Positions 18,428 through 28,683 of a stretch of DNA of 64,000 bases are shown one piece after another. Under the pieces are notes generated by a model that was not told the origin of the DNA, searched no databases, and worked only from the letters and a program-made list of their open reading frames with translations. The position numbers and the translations under genes are program-made. How positions within the stretch are numbered: position 1 is the first letter of the stretch; every line of letters starts with the position of its first letter. The DNA comes from Minisyncoccia bacterium (GTDB lineage Bacteria; Patescibacteriota; Minisyncoccia; Phycocordibacterales; UBA9973): positions 772,291-836,290 of the forward strand of contig CBFHKH010000001.1 in NCBI GenBank assembly GCA_965656375.1, read 5' to 3'.

Positions 18428-18923
18428 TGAAAAGGCATCGATATGATATTTGAAAACTGAATGCTGTTCCGACTCGCTGTTATCCTAACAATTTTTGTCA
18501 GGGTCTTTTCATTAGAGTCGGAAACAGAACGCAATGATAATTTAAGTCGTACACCTATCAGAGGAAGCGGTTCCCGAGGATAGGTGCGGTCATCATGTTT
18601 TAAATTTATTTAGAGCATGATGGTTTTCAGATTTCCTAATAGGAAATTAAGAGTATATGGCGGATGCCTAGACTAAAAAAGGCGATGAAAGACGCAGCAT
18701 GGCGGCGATACGTTTCGGGGAGGTGCCTAGCAACCTTTGATCCGGAAATTTCTGAATGGGGAAACCCACGTGTGTAAACCATACGTACGTTCATGCTTGA
18801 CATGAATGAGCATACCCAGGGAAGTAAAACATTTCAGTACCTGGAGGAAAAGAGAAAAATATTTATTTTCTAAGTAGCGGCGAGCGAAAAGGAAAGAGCC
18901 CAAACCGGCCTATCACACTGAAT

Positions 18924-19011
18924 GGGATAGCTTCTAGCACTTAGCTTTTAGCCTGTAGCAAATGCATTTGTATTTTGCTAGTGGCTAGCTGCTAATCGCT
19001 AATTGCTATCC
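18924..19011 (+). repeat. Palindromic 'GCAATTAGCC' element, copy B, forming an expansion hairpin in 23S domain I
   Basis: GGGATAGCTTCTAGCACTTAGCTTTTAGCCTGTAGCAAATGCATTTGTATTTTGCTAGTGGCTAGCTGCTAATCGCTAATTGCTATCC. Flanked by the complementary CCGGCCTATCACACT / AGTGTGATTGGCCGG. Core TAGCAAATGCATTTGTATTTTGCTA is near-identical to copy C. Confidence 0.55.
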
Positions 19012-19239
19012 TTGGTAGTGTGATTGGCCGGGGTTGTAAGGTGACAATGTAGATTTATCTAGAGAAGTTACAAATTGTGTTGTTAGATTAATCTTCTGGA
19101 AAGGAGAGCCGCAGACGGTGATAGCCCGGTGATCGAAAATTTCACAACTTCTTGGTTGTCATTCTTGAGTAACTCAAGACACGAATAGCTTGAGCGAATC
19201 CACCAGAACTAACTGGTAAGGCTAAATACTTTTTTAGAT

Positions 19240-19282
<43 letters not shown>

Positions 19283-19860
19283 GATGAGGGGAGTGAAATA
19301 GACCTGAAACCATATACTTACAAGGAGTCGGAGCGGGCATTTATGTCCGTCACGGCGTGCCTATTGAAGAATGAGCCAACGAGTTTATCTATGCTGCAGG
19401 CTAAGCTGCTAGAACAGTGGAGCCTTAGGGAAACCGAGTGTTAATAGCGCGAACAATTAATGTAGTATAGATAAGACCCGAAGCGAGGTGAGCTTGCCAT
19501 GAGCAGGATGAACCCTGTCGAAAGATGGGGGGAGGTCCGAACCGGTGACCCGTGCAATAGTCTCGGATGACTTGTGGTAAGGAGTGAAAAGCTAATCGAA
19601 CCTCGTAATAGCTGGTTCTCTCCGAAATAGCTTTAGGGCTAGCGTTGCGTGTTCCTCTTGGGGGTAGAGCACTGGAAGGTTTCGACAGGGAGCAATCTCG
19701 CGACACCTATCAAACTCCGAATACCAAGAGTTAAAACGCAGCAGTTAGGCTATGGGGGCGAAGCTCCATCAGCCAAAAGGGAAACAGCCCAGATCTCTAA
19801 TTAAGGTCCCAAAATTTACGCTAAGTGCAAAACAAGGAGGTGAAATTTCTCTGACAGTGA

Positions 19861-19892
<32 letters not shown>

Positions 19893-20708
19893 GAAAGCGT
19901 AACAGCTCACTCACTAAGAGATTTCGCACCGAAAATAATCGGGGCTAAGCGTAGTACCGAAATTGAGGGCTTTGGATTTCTTCGGAAATCGCAAAGCGGT
20001 AGGAGAGTATTCCACTCAGCGACGAAGGGAAAGGGGTGACCCATCCTGGAGCGTGTGGAAGTAAGAATGTTGGCACAAGTAACCGCAAGGAAGGTGAGAT
20101 CCCTTCCCGCCGAAAGATTAAGGGTTCCTTGGCAATGGTGATCATCCAAGGGTTAGTCGGTCCTAAGGGGATGGCGAAAGCCGCACCTGATGGGCATAGG
20201 GTTAATATTCCCTAACTTCTGTTGTATCCGATGATAGGACGGAGTGTAGTATACAAAGCTCATTATTGGATTTGAGTTTGTGAGTAAGGGTGCTCTCCAG
20301 GAAAATCCGGAGAGTCGCGTAAAAGCAACACCCAAGCAGAGCATAAATGTGTGGGTTCGCCCATGTAGATTTTATAAAGCACGCTTCCAAGAAAAGTATC
20401 TAAGGTTAATGCAATAGAAACCGTACCGTAAACCGACACAGGTAATCAGGTCGAGTAGACCAAGGCGAACGAGTGAGAGGTCTTCAAGGAACTCGGCAAA
20501 AAAGCAGCCGTAACTTTGGAATAAGGCTTGCCATTCTAAATTTATTTAGTTTGGCCGCAGCGAAAGTATCTCTGGCAACTGTTTATCAAAAACACAGCTC
20601 CCTGCGAACTCGCAAGAGGATGTATAGGGGGTGACGCCTGACCAATGCCAGAAGGTCAACTATCGGTGGTGTGTGGAGCAATCTACATGCTGGCTGATAT
20701 AAGCCCTG

Positions 20709-20743
<35 letters not shown>

Positions 20744-20956
20744 TTTGCATTTCAATGAAAGTTGGAATGCAAAGCGGACTAGGACAGGTTATAGAAAACG
20801 ATAAACAATTAATAAGAATATTTCAGGAACCATTTTAAGCTACCTAATAGTACAGTAATGTATTATTAGTCCACACTTGATGAACGAGAGACCAACGTCA
20901 AGCATCCCACCCCGCACGGGAGGATGAAGATAGAGTCCTTCTTAGGGGTACAGAAG
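20744..20956 (+). mobile_element. 213-nt intervening sequence in 23S at the E. coli 1917-equivalent site; putative small ORF-less group I intron
   Basis: Interrupts GGTCCTAAGGT | AGCGAAgTaCCTTGTCGGG. The 5' exon ends in U and the insert ends in G. It contains an S-like element GAAGATAGAGTCC (P7 3' strand) and an upstream GGACTAGG that can pair with it. Confidence 0.5.
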
Positions 20957-21619
20957 AGCGAAGTACCTTGTCGGGTAAGTTCCGACGCGCACGAATGGCG
21001 TAATGACTGGAGAACTGTCTCGAAGACCTGCTCGGTGAAAATACAATACCGGTGAAGATGCCGGTTACCTGCAGATAGACGAAAAGACCCTAGAAGCTTT
21101 ACTGCAGCTTGATATTGAGCATGTTGTTATACTGCGTAGCATAGGTGGGAGAGGTTATACGTACGATTTCGGTTGTGCGGTACTCGTCAGTGAAATACCA
21201 CTCTGTGTGATGACATGTTCTAATCTCTACGGCAAAAACGGAGAGAGACAGTATCTGGTGGGTAGTTTTACTGGGGCGGTATCCTCCTAAAAAGTAACGG
21301 AGGAGTTTATTAAGGTTAGCTAGGCGCGAATGGAAACCGTGCCGATAGTGTAATGGCACAAGCTAGCTTAACTGTAAGACGTACTTGTCGAGCAGATACG
21401 AAAGTAGAACATAGTGAACCGACATTTCGCATTAGATGCGGATGAAGATTAACGGATAAAAGCTACTCTAGGGATAACAGGCTAGTTCCGCCTAAGAGTT
21501 CATATCGACGGCGGAGTTCGGCACCTCGATGTCGGCTCACCTTATCCTGGTGGTGGAGAAGCTGCCAAGGGTTTAGCTGTTCGCTAATTAAAAAGGTACG
21601 CGAGCTGGGTTCAAACCGT

Positions 21620-22017
21620 TGAGTAGCCGTTGGCAACTAGCAATTAGCCTTTAGCAAATGCATTTTGTATTTCGCTAATGGCTAGTAGCTAAACGCTAAC
21701 AGCTATTGAACAGTTTGAACCAATTGAGGAACAAGAAAAAGGAAACTTTTATCTAACTGTTTTAATCTGAGATTAAGACCATGCACACAGTAGTGTGTCA
21801 CGGCGGTGTAGTACAGAAATGTATTATATGAAGTTCACTTATATCGGTGGAACCCCATGCGGGCAATACCGAGGGAAGTCACAAGACGCCCGTAGAGACT
21901 GAATGTGAACCATCTCGCTAAATTTATTTTGAGATGATGTTACAGTCCGATCCCATTAGTAATAATGGTTCTGATAGTTTTACCAAACGCGAAACTATTG
22001 GAAGTAAAACATAGATG
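21620..22017 (+). mobile_element. 398-nt intervening sequence in 23S near the E. coli 2593-equivalent site; putative ORF-less group I intron carrying element copy C
   Basis: Interrupts GAGCTGGGTTCAAACCGT | CGTGAGACAGGTTGGTCTCCTATC. The 5' exon ends in U and the insert ends in G. R-like GTAGAGACTGAATG and S-like ATGTTACAGTCC elements are present. No ORF. Confidence 0.5.
21633..21707 (+). repeat. Palindromic 'GCAACTAGCAATTAGCC' element, copy C (inside the second 23S intervening sequence)
   Basis: GCAACTAGCAATTAGCCTTTAGCAAATGCATTTTGTATTTCGCTAATGGCTAGTAGCTAAACGCTAACAGCTATT. Confidence 0.55.
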
Positions 22018-22069
22018 CGTGAGACAGGTTGGTCTCCTATCTACTGCAGGCGTTGATTCTTGAGAAGAT

Positions 22070-22100
<31 letters not shown>

Positions 22101-22417
22101 TGACCTCTGGTGTGAGGGCTCTAGTGCCAACTGGACTGCCCTGTAGCTATGTCGGGAATGGATAACCTCTGAAAGCATCTAAGAGGGAAGCCAGCTTCAA
22201 GATGAGGAATCGTTTGAGAAACCTAAGAGATGATTAGGTTGATAGGCACTAGGTGTACGCACAGTAATGTGTTCAGCCAAGGTGTACTAATCGTTCGATT
22301 CCTATTAGGAAATGTGGAAATCATTTGTCATTGCGTTTACAGCATTCAGTTTTCAGGTATCATATGCCGAGTTATGACTTGGTTTACATACTTGAAAACT
22401 TAATTTGAATTTTTTGT

Positions 22418-22524
22418 TCTGGTGATTTGGTACTGGGGTCACACCCGATCACATTCCGAACTCGGAAGTTAAGCCCATCTACGCCGATGATACTCTTTAG
22501 GGGAAAGTAGGTTGTCGCCAGAAC
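22418..22524 (+). rRNA. rrf: 5S ribosomal RNA
   Basis: TCTGGTG...CACACCCGATCACATTCCGAACTCGGAAGTTAAGC...GCCGATGATAC...GGGAAAGTAGGTTGTCGCCAGAA. Helix I closure TCTGGTG/CGCCAGA. 118 nt after the 23S. Confidence 0.8.
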
Positions 22525-22538
22525 AAAGAATTTAAACC

Positions 22539-22570
22539 AAAACACTCTCGTAAATACGAGAGTGTTTTGC
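22539..22570 (+). terminator. rRNA operon terminator
   Basis: AAAACACTCTCG-TAAATA-CGAGAGTGTTTTG. Confidence 0.6.
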
Positions 22571-22610
22571 TATTGACAGCTTATTAAAAAACGGAGTAAT
22601 ATCTGAGTAT

Positions 22611-22772
22611 ATGGATATAGAAAAAATGACTTCAGAAGAAGTGAAAATATTAGCAGAAAAAGTGAAAAATAAAGCTGCAACACCCGAAGAGGAGTTAACC
22701 TTGCTTAAGTTTTTGAATCAAGGGATAGAACAAACGAGAGCTTTTATTAAAGATGTAATGGAGGATAAATAA
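22611..22772 (+). CDS. Small hypothetical protein (53 aa), translationally coupled to the next ORF
   Basis: TTGACA-18-TAATAT promoter at 22573-22602. ATG ORF MDIEKMTSEEVKILAEKVKNKAATPEEELTLLKFLNQGIEQTRAFIKDVMEDK ends 4 nt before the next start. Below the track's 60-aa cutoff. Confidence 0.35.
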   Translation: MDIEKMTSEEVKILAEKVKNKAATPEEELTLLKFLNQGIEQTRAFIKDVMEDK

Positions 22773-22775
22773 TAT

Positions 22776-23282
22776 ATGTTTAATTTCAATAGAATCCAAA
22801 AACAGGAAAAACCTATAGTTAGCGCACAAGAAAAGACTCAAGAGCAATTTGATAAAGAGATTATTGAAGAAACAGATAAGCTCAACCTTAACTTAACTGA
22901 GCTTAAAAATGATATTGATACATATGGTGGAGTTGAAAATATTAAAGAAAAGATTGCTAATTTAGTTGAGTCAGAAGAAGAAGGTAAGACTCTAGTAAAA
23001 GGAGGTATAGGGCTTAGCGCAGTATTTGGTGCTATTACTGTACTTGAAGTCGTTGCTCAGTTAGATCAAAGTCAATCAAGCTTTTTTGAATATCTAAGAG
23101 AAAATAGTATAGGTGGAAATGCAGGTCTTACGGCATTTGTTACGGGAATGTTAACCCTTATTCCTTTGATAGCAACAATTACATCAAAATTCGATAACCG
23201 TAAAATTAGAAAGCAAATAGAAGAGGAAGAGGTGGGGTTAGTATTGAAAACTGGTGGATACCAAGGCAAAAAAATGGGGTAA
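22776..23282 (+). CDS. Hypothetical protein with an acidic coiled-coil N-terminus and a hydrophobic central segment
   Basis: 168 aa, followed by a terminator hairpin at 23303-23332. Confidence 0.45.
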   Translation: MFNFNRIQKQEKPIVSAQEKTQEQFDKEIIEETDKLNLNLTELKNDIDTYGGVENIKEKIANLVESEEEGKTLVKGGIGLSAVFGAITVLEVVAQLDQSQSSFFEYLRENSIGGNAGLTAFVTGMLTLIPLIATITSKFDNRKIRKQIEEEEVGLVLKTGGYQGKKMG

Positions 23283-23302
23283 AGATCTTTAATTGTAATA
23301 TA

Positions 23303-23332
23303 AAAATCCACTCAATATTTGAGTGGATTTTT
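23303..23332 (+). terminator. Rho-independent terminator
   Basis: AAAATCCACTC-AATATT-GAGTGGATTTTT. Confidence 0.6.
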
Positions 23333-23408
23333 ATATCTGACTTTTTCCTCGGTAATGGTAATCTCAAATAAAGCATCTATCTACCTTTCACCCCTAAAAC
23401 AACACGTT

Positions 23409-23942
23409 ATGAGTACATGTAAAAATCTTTCTCAGATATCTGTATTTATAAAAAATCAGATAAAAGTATTACTCTCTACTTTTCAAAATTCAAAAAATGT
23501 TTCACTTGCCCTTGGACTATATAACCAGACGTTATATGGAGAAGAATTGTTTAGTGTTTTTAAACCTGACTTCTCAGTAAGCGCTATGCCTGAAACTTTT
23601 ATTGAACAGAAAGTGCAACATTATTTAAATTGTTCACGTGATCTTGTATCAGTAAGTTTATTTAATGAAACCATGCCGACTGACTATGAAATTTTTGCTA
23701 CAATGTATGTTTTTCATGCAGAAGCATGTTTTCAATTGCAGTTTATGAAAGCACTCAAGAGAGACGGAGATATCCAAGAGTTTACGTATACCGAAGGAAG
23801 GATACACCATAAATATCCTTTTAGCGATATACGATTTGATTGGGAAGAGGGAGTAACAAACCTCATTGCTTCTGTGAAAGAAGCAATCTCTGTTACAGAA
23901 TCTTTTATTGCCAGTAAATGTGGAGCTGCAATAGCTGCGTGA
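23409..23942 (+). CDS. Hypothetical protein
   Basis: The track ORF starts inside the upstream terminator, so the start is moved to an internal Met (MSTCKNLSQ...). No domain recognised. Confidence 0.3.
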   Translation: MSTCKNLSQISVFIKNQIKVLLSTFQNSKNVSLALGLYNQTLYGEELFSVFKPDFSVSAMPETFIEQKVQHYLNCSRDLVSVSLFNETMPTDYEIFATMYVFHAEACFQLQFMKALKRDGDIQEFTYTEGRIHHKYPFSDIRFDWEEGVTNLIASVKEAISVTESFIASKCGAAIAA

Positions 23943-23955
23943 TTCTAATATTTTT

Positions 23956-23988
23956 TAAAAAGCCTGATGGTAACATCAGGCTTTTTTT
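23956..23988 (+). terminator. Rho-independent terminator
   Basis: AAAAAGCCTGATG-GTAA-CATCAGGCTTTTTTT. Confidence 0.6.
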
Positions 23989-24004
23989 GATAGTATATAC
24001 GTAT

Positions 24005-24781
24005 ATGTCATGGGCAGCACGACGACAGGCGCAATATTTGTTAGGAATCTTTGGCTTTTTAGCGCTGATTGCTTTTATAATTCTCTATCCAATACTTACT
24101 AAACCCGCAACCTGCACCGATGGCAAGAGAAACGGCGGCGAGAACGGCGTTGACTGTGGAGGGTCCTGCCAACGTATTTGTACAAGCGATGTTGCCGAGC
24201 CGTTAGTGCTCTGGAGCAGAGCGTTCCCAGTGAGCAACAGTAATTACAATCTCGTTGCCTATATCGAGAATAACAATAAAACCGCTGCAGTTGCTGTAGC
24301 AAATTATGAGTTCCGTATTTATGATACGAACAATCTTTTGATCGGTCGCAGAGAAGGAACAACATTTATCCCTCCAAATCAGCAGTTCGCTGTATTTGAG
24401 CCGCGGTTTGATTCGGGTAAGAGCGAGATCAGAAGCGTACGATTTGATTTTACCTCTCCGTTTATCTGGATAAAAAAAGAACCGAAACTTCAGACACTTC
24501 CAATTCGTATCTATGATGCTATTTACGGTGATGACAAGAGCATGCCAACACTTACTGCAAGTATGACCAATGATTCCGTGTATGATCTCCCAGCATTTGA
24601 TGTGATCACTATCCTCTACGATGCAAATAAGAAAGCTATTAATGCATCAAAGACTCACAAAGATGGATTGGGAAGTAACGCGACTACACCGCTTCTCTTT
24701 ACCTGGCCACAACCTTTTACAGAAGACCCTGTGAATCAAGATATCTTACCTCAAATTAATCCCTTTACTATTTCACTGTAA
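24005..24781 (+). CDS. Hypothetical membrane-anchored (N-in, extracytoplasmic) protein
   Basis: Start at MSWAARRQAQYLLGIFGFLALIAFIIL (TM helix) after the terminator and a TGATAGTATAT promoter. The Cys pair CTDGKRNGGENGVDCGGSC is consistent with an exported domain. Confidence 0.5.
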   Translation: MSWAARRQAQYLLGIFGFLALIAFIILYPILTKPATCTDGKRNGGENGVDCGGSCQRICTSDVAEPLVLWSRAFPVSNSNYNLVAYIENNNKTAAVAVANYEFRIYDTNNLLIGRREGTTFIPPNQQFAVFEPRFDSGKSEIRSVRFDFTSPFIWIKKEPKLQTLPIRIYDAIYGDDKSMPTLTASMTNDSVYDLPAFDVITILYDANKKAINASKTHKDGLGSNATTPLLFTWPQPFTEDPVNQDILPQINPFTISL

Positions 24782-24786
24782 TTGCT

Positions 24787-25905
24787 ATGAATATACGCCT
24801 CCCACAGATCGACTGGCTTCTTTGTCTTTTCTTGTTACCAGTACTTGGAGCAGGGCTTATCACGATGAAGTCATTCACCGAAGCAACTCCGTATTTTAGT
24901 CACCAGATTATATGGATTTCTATCGGATTTGCACTTATGTTCATCCTTTCCTATATAGACTTCAGATTTCTGAAGCGAACTGATGTATTGGTAGTACTTT
25001 TTTGTATCTTTTCAGCGTTACTCCTTCTCTTGTTCCTTGTCGGACATACGGCAAACGGTGCGGAGAGCTGGTTCCGCTTGGGTGGATTTTCATTCCAGCC
25101 ATCAGATATGATGAAAATCGTCGTCATATTGATGCTTGCAAAGTATTTTTCACGCCGTCATGTCGAGATTAATAATTTCAAACATATTCTCATCTCAGGG
25201 ATTTACGCGCTCATTCCGTTTCTCCTTGTGTTCCTGCAACCTGATTTCGGGGGAGCGGTGATCATCTTCTTCATCTGGTTGGGGATGACTCTCATCTCAG
25301 GAATTTCAAAGCGATATCTGTTGATTGTTCTTGGCGCTGGAATTGTTGTCTTTGCTCTTTTGTGGGGATTTGCGTTTGAACAATATCAAAAAGATCGCAT
25401 TGTGAATTTCATCCAGCCACTCTCAAATATTCATGGTTCAGGGTACAATGTATATCAGTCGACTATTGCAGTCGGATCGGGGCAGATTCTCGGCAAAGGT
25501 GTCGGTTTTGGTACGCAATCGAGACTTAAATTCTTGCCTGAATACCAGACTGACTTTATCTTTGCAGCGTTTGCAGAAGAATGGGGCTTCGTCGGAGTGA
25601 TACTTCTTTTCATACTGCTTGGGCTTATCATCTGGCGAATACTACATATCGCCCTCTTAGGGACGACGAATTTTGAGATACTCTTTGGTATCGGCCTTGC
25701 AGTGTATTTTATGAGTCATTTTATTATCAATATCGGGATGAACATCGGCATTATGCCAGTGACGGGGATTACGCTTCCGTTTATGAGTTACGGCGGCTCG
25801 CATATTCTTACTGAATTTATAGGTCTTGGGATATTGATGGGGATGAATCGGTATCGAAGAGTGGCGCACCGCGACGATATGCGAAATGAGTTTTTGGGAA
25901 TTTAA
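24787..25905 (+). CDS. SEDS family peptidoglycan glycosyltransferase (FtsW/RodA/SpoVE)
   Basis: Motifs PSDMMKIVVILMLAKYF, QPDFGGAVIIFFIW, FIFAAFAEEWGFVG, GITLPFMSYGGS. 372 aa with about 10 TM helices. Confidence 0.85.
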   Translation: MNIRLPQIDWLLCLFLLPVLGAGLITMKSFTEATPYFSHQIIWISIGFALMFILSYIDFRFLKRTDVLVVLFCIFSALLLLLFLVGHTANGAESWFRLGGFSFQPSDMMKIVVILMLAKYFSRRHVEINNFKHILISGIYALIPFLLVFLQPDFGGAVIIFFIWLGMTLISGISKRYLLIVLGAGIVVFALLWGFAFEQYQKDRIVNFIQPLSNIHGSGYNVYQSTIAVGSGQILGKGVGFGTQSRLKFLPEYQTDFIFAAFAEEWGFVGVILLFILLGLIIWRILHIALLGTTNFEILFGIGLAVYFMSHFIINIGMNIGIMPVTGITLPFMSYGGSHILTEFIGLGILMGMNRYRRVAHRDDMRNEFLGI

Positions 25906-25909
25906 TTAT

Positions 25910-26740
25910 ATGATTATCGACGGAAGAAAAATAGCGCAACAAATATTGGAAGAAGTACGAGAAGGTGTCGCGGCTCTGCCGGTTCCACCGATATTTTGCG
26001 ATGTGGTAGTAGGGGATGATCCAGCGTCGCTTCAATATGTCCGTATGAAAGCACGTACTGCAGAATCAATCGGTATTAAATTTCGTTCAGCAAATTTTCC
26101 TGAAACGATTACAACAGAAGAGCTTATTAATGAAATAGAGAATCTCAATCGTGTCCCGCATATGTGCGGAGTCATTGTGCAATTACCACTGCCATCACAT
26201 ATCGACAAACAAGCAGTGCTCGATGCAATTAATATATCGATTGATGTTGATTGTCTCGGTACGAATGGAAGTACTCTATTCTATAAAGGTGAAAATCCAC
26301 TTGGTTTTCCGACTGCGCTTGCATGTATAAAAGCGCTTGATTCAATAGGTATTTCGCTCGATGATAAGAATATAGTCATGCTCGGTCAAGGTATGCTCGT
26401 CGGTAGACCTGTGACACATTTCCTGCGATCAAGAGGGCTTTCTGTTACGACTGTTGCGAGTCATACCGAGAATACACGAGAAATTTTGAAAACTGCCGAT
26501 GTCATTATTTCGGGCATTGGTCATGGAAAATTCATTACTGGAGATATGGTAAAAGAGGGAGTGATTATTGTTGACGCAGGGACATCCGAAGAAGATGGGG
26601 GAATAGTGGGCGATGTAGATCTAGATACTGTTTTACCAGTAGCTTCACACGTGTCTCCGACTCCAGGTGGCGTTGGTCCGATTACAGTAGCGATGCTTCT
26701 TAAAAATGTTCTTATTGTAGCAAAAAGATCATTACTATGA
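25910..26740 (+). CDS. folD: Bifunctional 5,10-methylene-tetrahydrofolate dehydrogenase/cyclohydrolase
   Basis: MIIDGRKIAQQILEEV..., VGDDPASLQYVRMKAR, PLP..., GIGHGKFI.. and the C-terminal TPGGVGPITVAMLL are classic FolD. Start moved to the internal Met just after the FtsW stop. Confidence 0.85.
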   Translation: MIIDGRKIAQQILEEVREGVAALPVPPIFCDVVVGDDPASLQYVRMKARTAESIGIKFRSANFPETITTEELINEIENLNRVPHMCGVIVQLPLPSHIDKQAVLDAINISIDVDCLGTNGSTLFYKGENPLGFPTALACIKALDSIGISLDDKNIVMLGQGMLVGRPVTHFLRSRGLSVTTVASHTENTREILKTADVIISGIGHGKFITGDMVKEGVIIVDAGTSEEDGGIVGDVDLDTVLPVASHVSPTPGGVGPITVAMLLKNVLIVAKRSLL

Positions 26741-27261
26741 ATATAACCCTTTTTTATTTCTTGCATAGCATTGCATATATCTATCCATGGCTTGATCGAG
26801 TACTCTGGTTTTTGGCGGAGCCCTTCATATATATAGTCATTACAAGTGTGACTCTGGTATTAGTATGGCAGGAAAAAATCTTTACACTCGGCAGTAGTGT
26901 TTGGGAAATGTGGAACAAGGGAAGAGGGGTAGTAGTTGTCTGTATCTCCACTATATCTGGATATATCTTAGCGAATTTGTTAAAAATAATTATACATACT
27001 GATCGACCACCAATCGCGCTTCCAGACGTTCATTCGCTTGTTTCTGAGACTGGGTATGCATTCCCATCTGGTCATTCTGCTACTATAGCTGCATTTGCGT
27101 TTGCTGTATTTTTCAAAAACAGGACACTTGGGTATGTTTCTTTTGTTGCGATGCTACTTGTTGGCGTTGCTCGAGTGGCTGCTGGGGTCCATTTTCCCAT
27201 TGATATTGTTGGGGGATACGTACTTGGCTTTATGGTTGCATATTTCTTAAAAAGCCGATAG
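26737..27261 (+). CDS. PAP2-family phosphatase (undecaprenyl-diphosphate phosphatase-like)
   Basis: PAP2 motifs KxxxxxxRP (KIIIHTDRP), PSGHS, and SRxxxxxHxxxD (ARVAAGVHFPIDIVGG). Confidence 0.75.
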   Translation: MNITLFYFLHSIAYIYPWLDRVLWFLAEPFIYIVITSVTLVLVWQEKIFTLGSSVWEMWNKGRGVVVVCISTISGYILANLLKIIIHTDRPPIALPDVHSLVSETGYAFPSGHSATIAAFAFAVFFKNRTLGYVSFVAMLLVGVARVAAGVHFPIDIVGGYVLGFMVAYFLKSR

Positions 27262-27273
27262 AATAACCCTATT

Positions 27274-28683
27274 ATGTGGAAAACCAGAATTACAGCATTG
27301 CTTATAGTGCTCCTTGGCGTAGGGGTCACTTTTTTCGTTTATAAGTCAGAATTGTCTCACCGGACGCGTGCAGAAGGCACAGAAGCGCATGGTATAGCAA
27401 AGTATCCGTTCAAGCTCGGCCTCGACCTTTCCGGTGGTACGCACCTGGTCTATCATGCTGATGTTTCAAAAGTTTCAGCAAGTGAAGTAAAAGATTCGAT
27501 GAATGCACTTCGCGATGTTATCGAGCGACGAGTAAATATGTTCGGAGTATCTGAGCCGATAGTTGCTGTACAGGATGGGGGATTCTCAAATAATGGCGAG
27601 GAGCGATTGATCGTAGACCTTCCGGGTGTGACTGATGTATCAAAAGCAGTCACTATGATCGGACAGACTCCACTTCTTGAATTTAAGACTATCAATCCGG
27701 ATCCGTCGGCAGCTGTACCTCAAGAGATTACAATCGATGAGAACGGGAATGCATCTCCGCTCCAGGTTCCAGATCCATATGTCGCCACGGAATTGACCGG
27801 TCGCTACCTCGACAAAGCGATACTTGAATTCAATCAGACTACTGGTGAACCAGTTGTCTCACTTCAGTTCGATGAAGAGGGTTCAAAGCTGTTCGAAGAA
27901 ATCACTCGCGCAAACATCGGCAAGCCGGTGGCGATATTCCTCGATGGTGAAGCAATTTCTATCCCGACAGTTAATGAAGCTATTAGTGGAGGTAAAGCAC
28001 AGATTTCTGGCAACTTCACACCACAAGAAGCAAAGACATTGGTTGGTCGTCTCAATTCAGGCGCGCTTCCAGTGCCGATCAGTCTTATTTCAACACAAAC
28101 AATTGGACCTACTCTCGGCGAGCAAGCGACGCACGCTGGTGTTAAAGCAGCTATTATTGGGTTCTTGGCTATAGCACTTTTCCTTATCTTCTGGTATCGA
28201 TTGCCTGGATTTATTGCTGTGATCGCTCTTTCTCTCTATGTCTTTATCATGCTTGCTATCTTTAAATTAGTTCCTGTAACGCTTACGGCGGCTGGTATTG
28301 CTGGATTTATTATTTCGATTGGTATTGCAGTTGATGCGAATGTCCTTATATTTGAACGTATCAAAGAAGAGCTTCGCTTGGGCCACTCAATACCTGAGTC
28401 AATCAAGCATGGATTCTCTCGTGCATGGTTCTCTATCCGTGACTCCAATACTTCGAGTATCATTACTGCACTTATCCTATTTTGGTTCGGAACAACACTT
28501 ATCAAAGGGTTTGCACTTACATTTTTGATTGGTGTGATCGTCTCTATGATCTCCGCAATATCCATTACACGATTGTTCCTGTATGCTCTCAATATTGAGA
28601 AAACGTCGAGAGCTACTAACTTTTTATTCGGGTCGGGTATAACTTCAGCTAAAGCCATGCCTGCGCATGCAGGACAAAAATAA
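27274..28683 (+). CDS. secD: Protein translocase subunit SecD
   Basis: 469 aa. Periplasmic domain plus the C-terminal 6-TM region (GLDLSGGTHLVY..., IGPTLG..., FERIKEE). Followed by secF. Confidence 0.9.
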   Translation: MWKTRITALLIVLLGVGVTFFVYKSELSHRTRAEGTEAHGIAKYPFKLGLDLSGGTHLVYHADVSKVSASEVKDSMNALRDVIERRVNMFGVSEPIVAVQDGGFSNNGEERLIVDLPGVTDVSKAVTMIGQTPLLEFKTINPDPSAAVPQEITIDENGNASPLQVPDPYVATELTGRYLDKAILEFNQTTGEPVVSLQFDEEGSKLFEEITRANIGKPVAIFLDGEAISIPTVNEAISGGKAQISGNFTPQEAKTLVGRLNSGALPVPISLISTQTIGPTLGEQATHAGVKAAIIGFLAIALFLIFWYRLPGFIAVIALSLYVFIMLAIFKLVPVTLTAAGIAGFIISIGIAVDANVLIFERIKEELRLGHSIPESIKHGFSRAWFSIRDSNTSSIITALILFWFGTTLIKGFALTFLIGVIVSMISAISITRLFLYALNIEKTSRATNFLFGSGITSAKAMPAHAGQK

